Shown here one piece after another: positions 25,401 to 39,135 of a stretch of DNA of 64,000 nt; position 1 is the stretch's first letter; every line of letters begins with the position of its first letter. The DNA lies in the NCBI GenBank assembly GCA_002633005.1, contig NMRA01000223.1:24491-88490 (forward strand), given 5' to 3'. This DNA is from Phoronis australis. Lineage: Eukaryota > Animalia > Phoronida. A program made the position numbers and the translations under genes. The notes under the pieces were generated by a model. That model was given only the letters and a program-made list of their open reading frames with translations. It had not been told where the DNA came from and searched no databases.

Positions 25401-26982
25401 TTGGTCTTAAGTCCATTCAACTAAACGCACCACGTGTTCGTGTTCAGTTTTAGTAAAAATTTTAATTAGGACATTACTCTTCAGAAATAGGTAGGCATAC
25501 ATGTATATCTGTTTGCGCGTGCAATATGAGCAAAAAATGCTTGTTAATAGAATACATTTAGTTGAGACTGGTTTTAGGAGCTTGGGGTCCTTAAATTAAA
25601 TCAAATGGATTCGACTTTTGAAGCGTAAAGACTGTTCATGAAACAGGTCTCAAGTAACTTAAAGAATAAAGCATCAATGACAGACAGTCAAGTTTCTTGC
25701 CGAAAGTGTATCTCCGTTCATATTTGTCATGTATTTCAGGGGCAAGGCCGAGTTGGATAATCGAAGATGAGAGACAGACAAGGAAATGAAATACACTTTT
25801 CTTACGAACCATAACCAAGCAAAGTCAATATCATACATGTCGATACAAACTGATTGTCTGTGTAGTAATTTCGTTTTTTGAGCTCCAGTGCCGTATTATC
25901 CTGCTGAAATCGGCCTCAAAATAATTTTGACCATCATACAATACGATAAGTCTGCAATCAATTCCGTGTCAAATGCAATGCGTAAATTTTCCAATTTTCA
26001 GGGTTGGGCAACGTCAAAACTTCCTGAAGCGTTTTCTTTGGACGTAGAAAGATTCGGAAATCGTATTGGTCAGAGTGCAACTGGCGTCAAATGCTTGCAT
26101 CAGACATTAAAGCCTGAGTCGGCTCGAGGAACAACTTGGGGAAGTTAGTTGGGGTCATATCTGTTGTTACTCGAACCACAGCAAACCATTCGTCGTCAAT
26201 GTACCTGTGTCGCACTCATTCAAAAAGAACGTTGTTGAAATTTCTGGAAAGTAATGCAGCAGTGTGCACAAATAGGCATCAGCACATTAGAGATATTTAA
26301 GAAGGGAAGAACTATACAGTTCACTCTTAAATTTTTCCTGGCAGTACCTATATCAATGGATTTGAATGGTCCCTGTCCTGTGAAAACCAAGTTTATTATC
26401 ATTACACCTCTAAGGAACTTTGCAAGGACGCAGTACATTTTGTTCGCTTTCATATCATTACTCCGTCTACTTCCCAAGTCTAGAGGTTCCAAGTACGCCT
26501 TTCAGCCCCAATTAAAGCATCCGTGCCACTTTTTGACACGAGACAGCTCAAGATGCAGAAGGCATATTCTAGAAATATTGACCAGCAGTGCCGCCATGCA
26601 ATCATTTTACCTTTCCAAGTTATTCGAGGGCTACCGCAAACGCAGCGAAATCTTGTGGCAAAGCAACGCAGAGTCTGCTAGAGTGAACCCCCCCCCAAAG
26701 ACAAGACATCCTGTAATTAATAAGGAACCTAACGGCCCCTGAGATCACACTGAAGTACAAAAGTTGGGGCAGAGTAGGATATTAATATCATTAAAATAAA
26801 TTTTCATTGATGACTTCACTATCAAAATTGCCAGTTAATTTTTGATAGAGTAACACCATCAGTGAAAGTGTTATCAAAGCAACAAATGTGCAGAGAACAC
26901 CATGTAAGCATGTGTTCTCAACCATAATTATATATAGGAAATTGCAAATTCTATTACAATTTAAATGTTTATATAATAGTAA

Positions 26983-27385
26983 CCCTTACAAAAATGAACT
27001 TAGGTTTTCATCGAAGAACATAAGTTTTTGGTCTGAAAAACTTAAGTTTTCATTCGCGATAAATTAAGTATTTTGGAACAAGTTCTTTGGAACAAATTTA
27101 AGTTTTCGAAACTTAAGTTTTCAAAAACTTAAGTTTCTGAAACTTAAGTTTTCCAAAAACCTACGCAATTTGGAACAAGGTTTTTTGGAACGAACTTAAG
27201 TTTTTAAACTTATTTTTTCGGAAAACTTAAGTTTTTGAAAAACTTAAGTTTTTCGAACTTAAGTTTTTGAAAACTCAAGTTATGAAAACTTAAGTTCGTT
27301 CCAAAAAACTTGTTCCAAAATACTTAATTTTTTTCGCCAAAAACTTAAGTTTTCATCGAAAAACTGAAGTTCATTTTTGTAAGGG
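26983..27385. mobile_element. Foldback MITE built from AAACTTAAGTTT palindromic units (animal CACTA/EnSpm-like)
   Basis: TIR CCCTTACAAAAATGAACTT / AAGTTCATTTTTGTAAGGG; 2-bp AA duplication on both flanks. Confidence 0.75.
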
Positions 27386-27621
27386 AATCCCCTGTTATAC
27401 ATTGGCCTTAGTTGCTAAAGACACAAAAGTAATGTTTGATGATCTCGTTACACCACTTATTTTTCCCAACACCTATGAAACAATAACATTTAATCATATG
27501 ACAAAAATTGCCCTGGCGTAGGTCAGTCTAACCAATTAAAATAGTATTCTTTGATCAACCCCTTCAAGCATATTAAGGACAGATCATTCATTGGTTAACT
27601 CAGTATGTAACTGATTTTGAC

Positions 27622-27622
<1 letters not shown>

Positions 27623-27671
<49 letters not shown>
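27623..27671. repeat. (CA)n microsatellite
   Basis: Perfect CA run. Confidence 0.98.
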
Positions 27672-27675
<4 letters not shown>

Positions 27676-28349
27676 AATTCTTCCGAGAAAAACTCGTAGC
27701 TTACATATCAGAGAGTCCCTCAAGATTCTTAAATCAATAGAATTGTGTCATGATTCTTATCATCTGCTTCATAGTCATTCACTGAAATGGACTATTGATA
27801 TCTGTTGTCACTTATGATCTTTCGTCACAGGCATTTCTACCGATATCAAGTAAAGCTGGTGTAAACTACCATCACTTAACATAAAAAGTAAACAATAAAT
27901 TGTCATCACTTTTACAACCTCTTTTCTTAAACCAGATCCTTTTATAAGCAAGATCTGTTATTCATCAGTTTTACAGTTAACTACACACTGAATTTCAAAA
28001 TTAATTACGCACAAGTTCTCCAAATTGGAACTGTGAATAATTATAATGATCACACAATTGCCAGCCATGAATTCAAGGGAACTGGTAACAATTTTAGATG
28101 TTTGTCTTGAGAGTCAATTTATAAACTTACAAAAGGATTCTTGCAACCTGTTATGCTAAAACCCAGCAATCGGAATTGCAAAAGTACGAAAATATAAGAT
28201 TCCCTCTTGCTGCAAATTCCAGGATGCAAAAAATCAAATTTCAGCAATGGTTTGTGAATTCAGTAGGTCTACTGGAGAGTTTTTAACGTGTTATATCACC
28301 GATCTAATTGTTGTCATCAACGTTGTCAGCTTTGCTTAAAATTATACCT

Positions 28350-29160
28350 CAAAAACAATTATAAGGTATGAAGTGATCCATGTTTTGCAATGAGAAATGA
28401 GGATGACGGATTCACGCAGCAGTCAGTAGCCTCTGTACATCACAGAGTTGAGGTTTTCTTGCAAACACAGCAATCCCATACATTATGGCTACAGCGAAGT
28501 CATAGTCTTATCAATATGTAGTGAATGACACACAATAACAGAGGTGGTAGCCTATTTGGACGATTTTTCACTTTTTCACAATTTTCCAAAGAAGCAGCTG
28601 GTCATCGTGGTCCTCATGGGAAGTCTTAGCACACATTAGTCTGAAGTCTTGAAAAGATCATCCAAAAATGTACTGACTTTAAACAACAGTTTCCAATCAA
28701 TTTGCTCAGTTCAATCTTGAGTCCTCTTTGAGAGGAAAGGGTTAGATTGTTGGTATTCATGAGATACTGAATACCCACGGTCAAATAAATCGGACTCAAA
28801 ATTTAAAAATCTCTTTTTTCTTGTTGGATTCTTCTAAGAAACAAGTAGCAAATGAATTAGTACGTTTTCTGCTGATCTTCAGACTGAGCAATGGTATTGT
28901 TGACCTGCAATCTTTCTGATTTCTGCAGCTGCGTGAGTTTTGAACAAAACAAAATGCTTGAGCTGCAGATAAAGACAGGCCTACTGTCCATCAAACCATT
29001 GTTGAATTGAATGTCAAGGAATGCAAAAAATCCAAGTACCTCTGCTTTAATGCAGCATTTTTTAACATTGTGTGCGTTAGAGTCAGAGTATAACAATTTT
29101 CCACATAATGTACATGTCTTTGACCTTGCCTTTTTCAGTGGAGTATTACAGCTCACCGTC
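28350..29160 (-). pseudogene. Decayed DNA-transposon coding relic (Academ-like N-terminal region?)
   Basis: CTLC...FIC zinc-ribbon-like start (ORF 28857-29156); downstream DYDFAVAIMYGIAVFARKPQLCDVQRLLTAA; multiple stops. Confidence 0.35.
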
Positions 29161-29589
29161 TGAAATTAAATGTGATTAGCAAAGGCTTTCAATTTTTGCT
29201 GGCATGAATGATGTGCCACCTAGAATTATCTGTGCTTAAGTGAGTTGGCTTACAACTGTAAAATTTTATTCACTGATCAATTATAGAACCGGAGATGGGA
29301 AATATGTTTTTTTAAGCTTTTGCACAAATTGTATAGTTACAGACATACGAAAAAGGAATCTGCTCAGATATAATGATCCCTGACATGGATAACAAGTTTC
29401 ATCCACAGATAGCAACGCCAGAACATTTCTCACACTGGCGGGCCAACTAAAAATAGGAGGGCGCACAGTGTAAAAATGGGCGGTTGACGATTTGGGGAAC
29501 TGAAAGGACAAAAAATGATTACAGGATTATTTGTTCGAGTTGGAAGGAATTAAAGACATCAATGGGCACCTAAGGTGTCTCTCTGTGCA

Positions 29590-31003
29590 CAAAAGGTGGT
29601 TTTTACACGTAGTCTGTCCAGCAGTTCACAACACGGGTTACTGGTGTCAGCTTATCGCTTGAATTCATCGTTAAACAACAATAAATTATCAAGCTTCTAT
29701 GTAAAACCCTTAAAAATATACCGAGCTTTTATTTTATTTTGCTGTTACTGATATATTGGTATTTGGACACACCGTAGCCTACAAAGTTCGGCAGGCCAAT
29801 TTTCCAAGGTCCGAAGCCGAGGGAATCTGTTCGGAGATAAATTCGAAGTATTCTTCCTTGAAATACAGGCAGCAGGGCTTAGATCTGTGTTGTTTAGACT
29901 TGTAATTTTTTGAGTTATAAACACACAAAACGTTTTTTATCCCGGCCAGTGAATCGGATCCCGATCAGGCCCGTCGCGGTCGCCGGGACTGACACGAACA
30001 TAAACCAGCTTGAGTTGGAAACTAAGCCTTCAGTCACGAAAAGACTATAAAAGCGAGCCAAAGAAATAATGTGCACTAATTATTCATGTGAACTAGCCAC
30101 GAAACTGAAAATCTACTTACTTGTCGGGGGCCGCGAATTCGGGTTCCCGTTCCACTGACCGTCGGGACAAACGTTGTACAGTTACAATGATTTGAATGGT
30201 GTATTTCTATCTCTTAATAAAGATTCTCCTAACATGTGACTATAGAATATAAAATCGAGTAATTCTTTCACAACAGCTTTCTGTCAGCAAACACTGAATT
30301 AGCATGCACTCACGGGGCCTCGGTGCCCGGTCAATTACCTTTATTGCCAACATCAAAAGCCGGTAACGCAGTGGTTTATTTATTGCTGGCTTCTCAACAT
30401 TTGCACTAACTCATAAATATTCCACACAGAATAATAAACGTCTACATGGCAACTAGCCCGGCGCTCATCCGACAAAGACTTCACGGGTCGGATCGTTAGG
30501 TTTCACAGGCTATCTGTTCGAACCGAAATACACTGATCAAAACATACAGTGTACTAGAGAGGCGCTCTGAACAAGCACTGTCAACGGAAAATATGGGTAG
30601 TTCTTTGGTAAGCTGAAATTCGTCAGAGAAATCACCGTCGACGAAATGCTGGCCAAAGACACGGAGATGTTTCACGGCCTCATACTTGCTATTAACAGCG
30701 TACCTTTCGTCCTTCACTACCACGAACCACTTCCTAAGCATTTCGAGCTCTCGAGGAAGTCTAAAAAACGATATACCCGCTTTCTTCGTAGCTTCATCAA
30801 TCGGACAAGCGGGAATGGTGCACTGCAATATAGCGGCATTCACTCTGCAGACGAACCGCTGTCGTCGCTGTGTCGTTTCTCACCTTCCTCACATGTTAAC
30901 GCGACACCTCTCGGCAAGGTGAGGTCCACGGTATAAGAGGAGATGTGGCTAGAGACCGATTAAGGCGCTAAAAAAGACTACTTAAATCGGGTGGCATTCT
31001 CCT
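29590..31003 (-). mobile_element. Non-autonomous Kolobok-like element with THAP domain relic
   Basis: Reverse complement of 50148-51640; end GTGGCATTCTCCT+TTAA; ORF 30496-30843 CTIPAC...FFRLP...W...RVFGQHF...DF. Confidence 0.8.
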
Positions 31004-32999
31004 TTAATTCGATAGGAAACTTGACATTTCGCTGTTTCGATCTCAAGCTCACTAACCGCTTAAACCACCCACCCGATTTCCATTATCCATTTCGTACTTG
31101 AGTTTCATAGCGGTCTCCGGGCGCGTTGTGTGTACTATTGACCTACTTTAAAGTGAACCACAACGCGCCAGCTTCCCCACTTAATATGTCGGCTCCAACT
31201 GCATGATCTATTTGGACTCGATGGATTGGAAATCGACTTGTCGGGTGAAACGTTTCTGTGATAATTAAGTTACGCACTTCAAATTCTTTTGACATTGCGC
31301 GTGCTTTTTTAAGCAGTGAACATTTTATTAAGGATACAACATGTATAGGTTATAATTCAGTTGACAATGCGTGTGAACTTTGAAGTAGCGAACATGGTAC
31401 TGATTATAACATGCATTGGTTATATTGAATGGAAAATTCTCAACAAAAACCTTAACACTCACAACTTAATCGTTTTTTTCTCGGCTTCGGGAAATCAGCT
31501 TAATGGGAGTTTAGGAATACGGGCTCTCAAAAACGGCTGTGTAGGTTATAATGAAACTTTCCAAACTTAATTTTTATTATTCAATCAAAAAATCCAGCAG
31601 GATTATTGATATAAGGGTTTGGTTTTTGTGTAATGTAAGAAAGACAAATACGACTTCTATTTTTACAAAAATGCATTACGATTTGCGAGTAGATTTATCA
31701 TGGAAACCAAATGCGAAAACTAAACGAAAATTCAGCAACTACATACATGCATCTGGCTGCGGAGGATTTTTTTTGGCAGACAGGTTTTAACGTTACATTA
31801 ATGATATGTTTGTAAAAGAGCCTTCGGAGAAGCAGAATTGTCTGCAGCTATTCAAGATCGACATGAGAGTTTATTTTCATGTCAACCTACGACAGACTTT
31901 AAACTCTGCGCTCCGTTTTTCTTGTGTCGGACTATTGTGCTATACCGACAGCAGACCTGCAACATTTCTCTCTCTATCTCAAATAATACATGGGACCCAT
32001 GGATGTCGTTGCGTTTGTTTTTAAACGTCATTTTCAAGATTTAACTGGCTAAAGGAATACCTTAATTGGCTATTCATTCTCATAAAATTATTATCTTGAT
32101 ATGCCTTCTTCCAATGATTAATTTTTGTGACCGTGGTTCGGAAATGGAGACTTATTACAACAGATATCGAACTAAATTTAACTCCGGGATTGTGAAAATT
32201 GCAGTTCAATCCGTCGTGATTCTAGAATAAAATGATTATTTTGGGTTCGGAATAATACTGCTTACTACCAACAGTTAATTTTCTTTGCGTTTTTCACCAA
32301 TTACGCAACAATACCCCCTGAAGTCCCACAACATCCCAACAGATGTCAAAATTTTTAAACTTTATCGAAAGTCTTAATGTTCTGCGTGGTGCGGTGGTGA
32401 TGAGTTTTATGTACCGAATGAATGTGCTTGTATGTCCCATTCCATCCTCTACAAGTTAACCCATTAGGTATTGCCTGAGACATGTGAATAGCAGAAACTT
32501 GAAAGTGGACTCCGGCAGCATCAGAAGAAAATGAATATAGGAGACCTGTTGAGCTACGAAGTGCAGTCATTGAAACCTGGAATCGGTTTCTCTGCATTAA
32601 CGGGAACAAACTGGCTTCAAACGTGGCTAAAAATACTACCAACAATTGATTACCACAGAGAGGAATTGGCGTTCTTCGTTACAACCGACAGGACTTCTGT
32701 GTTCTTGTGTTATACAAGCGTGTGGTGGCTGAAATTTACATAAATATCAGTTCACTAACACACAAAGGATATGGCGTTATTTGCTGCATTCGACAGGACT
32801 TGTGTACTTTTGAGCAATACTCGCGAGAGATGGCTGAAACTCAGTTATCCATTCCAAAGGAAGCCGTAAAACAGGGAGGCATAGAATACGCACAATTGAT
32901 GCAGACGTGGCAGTTCTCAACATATCTGAACGCTATGAATTCTCTTTGGAGTCTTAAAGAGCTTCAGGTAACCTTCCGCTCTTGAAGTTGCCTAAGCTC

Positions 33000-33200
33000 T
33001 GAGTCCCGACCTGCGTTGGTCCTTGCAGATGTTCCCCCCTTCACTGGATGTGACACGGTGTCCTGTTTACGAGGAAAGGGCATGCGATGGCGTGATTTGC
33101 TTGCTAGAGAATAGTAGCAAAAATCCAAAAGAATACTCCATGAGGGAGGGTGGTGATGGTGTAATACAATGTATGTTTACGATTGAAACTAGAGGAAAGT
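33000..33200 (+). pseudogene. Second XPG/FEN1-like (AcademX-type) fragment
   Basis: FTGCDTVSCLRGKG encoded at 33040-33081. Confidence 0.5.
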
Positions 33201-36200
33201 ATATAAAAATATTCCATCTCATAAGCACTTAGAACCTAAAAGGTTCTGAACACAATGAGAGACTATAAATACAGGGCTCGCGGGCGTGTAAGTTTAAAAA
33301 TGAATTGGGTTGAAATTGAGGTTGATTTAAAGAAGACATTATTTTCCATCTCATTTTAGCAAAAATACAGTTAATAACGTCTTCTCGTAATTTTATTAAA
33401 TAGTCGTGCCTTACTTCGAAAGTGACGTTTTAGGGTGTTAAGAATTTGCTCTTTACTTTAAATTGGTTGTACCAGGCCATGTTCACAGCCATCTCTCTAT
33501 CGTCTTTTTTCTTCAGCAGAGACTGACCAAACTGACACCATTGGAGAGGTCTCACACAGACACTAACTTAGGTCCAACATCCAGATGCCTCTCCACAACC
33601 TTGCTGGTATCAAAATCTATTGGAAACTTTAATTTGCGTACCGGTAGGTCAATTTCTGTCTTGGCATGTGCGTTTTTGTGCGTCATTATAAGATTAGACG
33701 CTTTGACGGTAGTATCTTTTATTCCGCGTCTACAGCCAAACTATTATAGGAATCCGTTGAACTCTACTGTTTGTCTCACTTACACTGTAAACCTTTTCAG
33801 TGGGAAATCACACTTGTTTGACCCAGATGACTCTGCAAGTACGCAGCTTGCCATGAGTATAGTTGACTTTTCTTTGGGAAAAACAATTGACCCTTGGCAA
33901 TTGTGGGCTGGGAAATTGCCCTTTGACACCCAGCACTGTGAACCACAACTTTTAATTGGAAAACAATGATTGTGTTGACAAGGGAATGGAATTCCCTTCT
34001 TCATCAGTGCTCAGTCTCAGTGCTCAATCTGTATTAAAACAAAGGCAATGTGGATTGAGCATGTACGCTTCAGGCGTTACGGGCACGTGGAACTTTCTAT
34101 TTGCATCAATGGCACTTAAGCAGATTACGCGTAACACCTTACTCGTTGTGCACACGGGTACGAATGGAGAAAATGTCTATCTCAAACATGCTTCAGTCCC
34201 CTCACATTTGATTGCACACGTTCTCGAAAATACTGTTAACTTTTGGCGTCAAGTTCAAGCAGGAATTTTGAGAATACATGAAAATTGCAAGTGATTAAAG
34301 AAAAGTTTATTTTTGGTATTCTGACTAGCCGATATTTATCATTTGAGTTGACTCTGTTGGAAAATCTGAATGGTCTCTCCCTTAGGCTGTGTTACTGAAG
34401 CAAGCTAAGCATGTTGTTGGTGAAACTTACGGTAAAGCCATGATAGTTCGATGCAGAAACAGGGCACAGACAACGCGTAGACGATCGCATATTAGCAAAT
34501 TAAATTTGAAAGATAAGTTGAATAGCAAATCAGTAAACGTTTTCTCAATTTTTATGTGTTTCAGACGAAAGACCGAGATGGGTCCTGGAAGAGAGAAACA
34601 AACGAATTGCATGTACTTTTCTGATGAACCATGTCAAAGTAAAATCAAAGACATATAATTCTATACTGGTTTGTTGTTTCAGTCAGAACTTAGTTGATTA
34701 CATCCTAGTACAAGGACCTAAACACTTCCAAGTACTCATCAAATTGTAGTCCTTACCGTAAAATTAGTCGATTTTGGCAACCATATCCGAGCCAATTGCA
34801 ATGTGTACATGTCTATTAGCCACTTTGGAATTTGCAATCTCATGATTGGATAACCCCCGCTCCCTGACACGTTTTTCCGGGTGGGTGATGGTTCCGATGA
34901 CTTCTTTGGTACTGCCAAGGAATGTTTTGTTTAAGAAAATTAGGAGACAAAAACACCTAATGTAATTGTGCCACTTCTTCAGCTTAACAAATTGTAAATG
35001 CATCACTATCGACCAACAGTCTACTCGGAATTCGTGCGCAATTCGGTCCCCATCCATGTTATTTTGCCAAATGTGATGTCCCAATACATGAAGGTTTTTT
35101 CTAACAAGAGATCTGATAAAAAACTCTAAGGTATAAACAAAAATCGTAGACGATTTTCTGCTGTTATAAACAAACCGTGTAACGAATTTGATGATGCTTC
35201 AGTAATAATAAGCAAAAGGTACACTGTGTCATTATTACCAACCCAAACAAGCCTCAGACCTGAACTTTGGTGATTTTGACGTGTTTAAATTCGGAAGTTT
35301 AGAACTATTTGCTTGCCCATGACTTAAGCTTCTAGAAACCTGTTACCTACAGGTATTTCCAACCAGGGATTCTAAAGCTGATTTTTAAGTAGCATACACA
35401 TTTTCCGTGAACCTTTCTCTTTTAAATGGTACCTATTCAATGCGTTACCATGATCATGTGAGTGTTCCCAAACTCAAGACTGGATCAATTGAAGCAAACT
35501 TGCATGGGCGTACACACGTCTTTTGTTTTGCAACCCTTCAGTCGAAAACTAAATGTTGTCATTGTGCCTCATTTCGTTATTGTGACTGTGAAGCGAACTT
35601 TAGGGTCTTCAGGGAGTGTATCCCGGAGACGTTATTATCACTGGCTCTAATTCCGTCCACCAAAAAGGTGGAAAATGAATTAAAAAAGAGATTCCTACAC
35701 TGGTCTCAGGTTTATGACATGACAAAACATCATGGAAATTTCGTCAAAGTCCGAGGCTTACTGATTTGTCAGCCATAGTCTTGTCACCTTCGTGGTATTC
35801 CGACATTATTTTGTTGTCGCGCGTTCGGTTGTTTAGTGTTGTGCAGACGACAAAATGTAAGGCGCGTGGCTTTTTACTTTGCACTTCTTTGTGATTCGCC
35901 CATGTACAGGTAATACAAAAAATACGCACTCTGTGTTATTAACCATTCATTTCGTAACACATGTCAGGTCATGTGAGAAATCATCTTTAAAGTGAAATGC
36001 AGTTCACGGCAGGCAAACATGCAAAGACAGGTGATTAACCCATTATCACTGATTTGAAGCATACTATGGATATTAGTTTCATTGAGATGATAAACACCTC
36101 AGTAAATTCAAGGCTCTTTTTACCTTGTTTAAGTTGAAGAAATCAGCTGGCCTCTTTTTTGGGTTAAACCAAGCAATGGGCTCATCTAAAACAGCGTTTT

Positions 36201-37933
36201 TGCAATGCAGAATAGAAGTTCTTATGCGCAAGATAATAATTTTCCATAATTTTAATGAAGCATTTTTGGCTTCATCAGGATGTTAAAATATTCCCGTTAA
36301 TTCTGTCGGTAAGTTCGCAATTTCAGGATTAAACTATAAAATGATCAGAGGTTAACAAGGCATTGACATTTCATCTACAGTTTCAGCAGCTGTATCTCTG
36401 CTGTTCCTACAGAAATCAACACCGCACTTTTAGACAAGATGTATCTATCTTAGTAATGGTGATAGATTTAATTAAGCTGTCTGTCTGTGAGCATTTTCCT
36501 ACATGTATTAAAATCACAGTCCTTTAACAACTACCCCAGTAGAAATTACATCTACAACTGATACATGTTTGGAACACTGTCACAGCAGTAATATACAAAC
36601 ATGAAGGTTTGATTAAACAATGTCGTTATTAATATTTAATTTAGTTTCATGAATTATGGTGGATTTCCATCAGCTATTTTTCCATTTCACTTAAATGCCA
36701 CGATTTTCGCAAATCCATTTTGCATTAACAGGTGTCAATTCAGAGGTGGAAAAATGGTTGACCAACTGACTTGCCGTGTTAGTGTTCACCGGTTTAAATG
36801 ATTGTGTCTACTGTAATGAAGTGTGTGGCACCTCTAAATTTTATCCAAAGAGAAACAGTGCGAGGTGCTTTTCTCATGTATGGAACCTACATTGTATTAA
36901 CAATCACTTGATGCACCATCAAGGGAGTACGAAATCACCACAACTACAAAGAATGGAAACTGGTTTTGGCGAGAGCAGAAAAGCTTACAATTGCGTGTCC
37001 ACCATACATGAATGTGTGTTCAAGATACCGGGCTCATCTTGGAATTTGATGGACACCAAGTAGACTGTCGAAACATCCACTTCATAGAAGTAGATAGACA
37101 CTGACCAACGGCTCTAGCTGGCTTTTCGGCAAATTGTGCCTCTAACCGATTGAACAATCGAAGTCACGTTGTTAAAAGTACCTTTTGGCATAGCGGGATA
37201 CATTAGGGTGCTGTCGGTGTTTTTAATTTCTTCGATATTGCACGAATACTCCGATTATCAAACTTTTCCTTCGAGCAGTCTTTCGTTCAATTCCCAAAAT
37301 AATAAACTGACCATCTTTAACTCGGTGGCAAGAAGTGGTATCACGTCATAACCATAGTTACCCATTTTGGAAACTGAACGAGAGATTGCTCGAAAAAAAA
37401 GTTTGATAACGGCAGTATTTCTCCAATTTGGATACAATTAAATACATTTCCGGCCTTCTAGGTTGTCCTTCAATGTCCAAAAGGTGCATTTTTATAGCAA
37501 TTGTACTTTGAGGTTTTAATACCTGTAGGTGGGAAGGTACTTAAAAACGTGACCTTTTCGTCAGTGCGAGGCATAATTCCGGCGTATAGAGCTCATGTAG
37601 GAGTTACACGGTATCTTCTGAGCCAGCGGTGGTCTCTATCTTACGACTACTTTGCCTGCCAAGCCTGGAATGGGAAAATCGACTCACTGAAAAGAAAATA
37701 AAATGTTCCTCACCTGTTGAATCCAGTGAGTACTGCTTCGATGGTAGCATTTTGCTAATAGTCAGTATTATAGGTCCCCGATTTGAGAATCAGTTAACCC
37801 CACTAAATAATGAGTAGATTGTGGAACAGGTTCAAGGTACTGGAGAATACGTTCGTCATTGGTCTCTAGAGGCATTGTAGATGTAAAAATCACTTGCTTA
37901 GAGACGTGGTTGGTTGTTAGCAGACGTTTTGAC

Positions 37934-38187
37934 CAGGGGCCCGTTCCAACAAAACTGACTTAGCTAAGACAATTCTTAAATTTTACTAAATTTTAAAATA
38001 AAAGTTAAATTTGTCTCAAATTCATTTTAACGGAGAGATCTTAAGCTTAATTTAAGTGTTTGACAGATGCTTTGTCTTAATTTTGACAAACTTGCCGGAT
38101 GTGGAAGTTTCAAAGATTGGAAGTTAAGAAAAATCTGAGACTTAAGTCGAAAATGAACTTAAGTCAGTTTCTTGGAACGGGCCCCTG
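37934..38187. mobile_element. PIF/Harbinger-like MITE
   Basis: TIR GGGCCCGTTCCAA.AAAACTGACTTA / TAAGTCAGTTT.TTGGAACGGGCCC flanked by CAG and CTG (CWG target). Confidence 0.75.
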
Positions 38188-38981
38188 GTCCGCCAGGTCC
38201 TTGTCGATGAATGAGGGATTTACCGCCTTTCGCTCGTAAAAATGCTTTCGAAAATGACAATTTTGTTCCTTGGCTAGGATCCTGGATGTCGCTAGAGAGA
38301 TGGTGTGCCGAGTCGCAAAATTATATTCCCCCACAGCTGTAGGGGAACACAGATTAGTTATGGTTTATGCATTGTTTGCTAATAAAAGCTGGTCAGGGCT
38401 TCAGGCTAACCAGGTAACACATATTTTAATTTTTCTTTCAAGTTTTATGACAATCTAAAGCATATAATGATCTGATGATGAAACTGTTGGCAACTGAAAT
38501 GTCTCCTTACTAATGTTACATGGACATTCCACAGGCGCAACCAGGGTTAGAGACGAAAGTTAAATCTCACTTGCATACTCTCGCACATACATTTTGAAAC
38601 TTATCCCAAAACCAAGAAGCATTGAATTTTCTTATCAGATGGCTTCAAGAATCTTTGAACTTGTTAAAACTTATGAGGGCATTGGTTAAACCAAGGACAT
38701 ATTTCATTTTGTTTCAAATTCAAGCCTTGATAGCTGCACTATTTTTAAATAAACAATTAAACATAGGAAGCTTTACCTGACATGTGGGTGTAGACAGCCC
38801 ACTACCACCACTGTTGTGAATGGTCCGATGTGTACGTTTGGATGACCACTCTTCGAAGTACTCCACCAAGTTCATAGAGAGCTGAAAACAATGAGGAGAT
38901 ATGAGCAAATGTAACAGTATGTTATAGCGTCTTAAGAATTCCGACACAAACCATTTACGGGAAACGTTATCCATGTAATGA

Positions 38982-39135
38982 TCAAGGGCGGATCCAGAAT
39001 CTTGAGTTATGGGGCCAGGAAGAGTAATAGCCAGGGTTTTGCATATCAGACATTCGTATCCCCAACTACTAAATGGAGTCTGGGAGATTTTTAGGGGGGC
39101 ATGGTTCCCTTGGCCCCCTTTTAATTCCGCCACTG
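38982..39135. mobile_element. Short hAT-like MITE
   Basis: CAAGGGCGGAT ... TTCCGCCACTG inverted ends, same terminal family as 53753. Confidence 0.5.
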
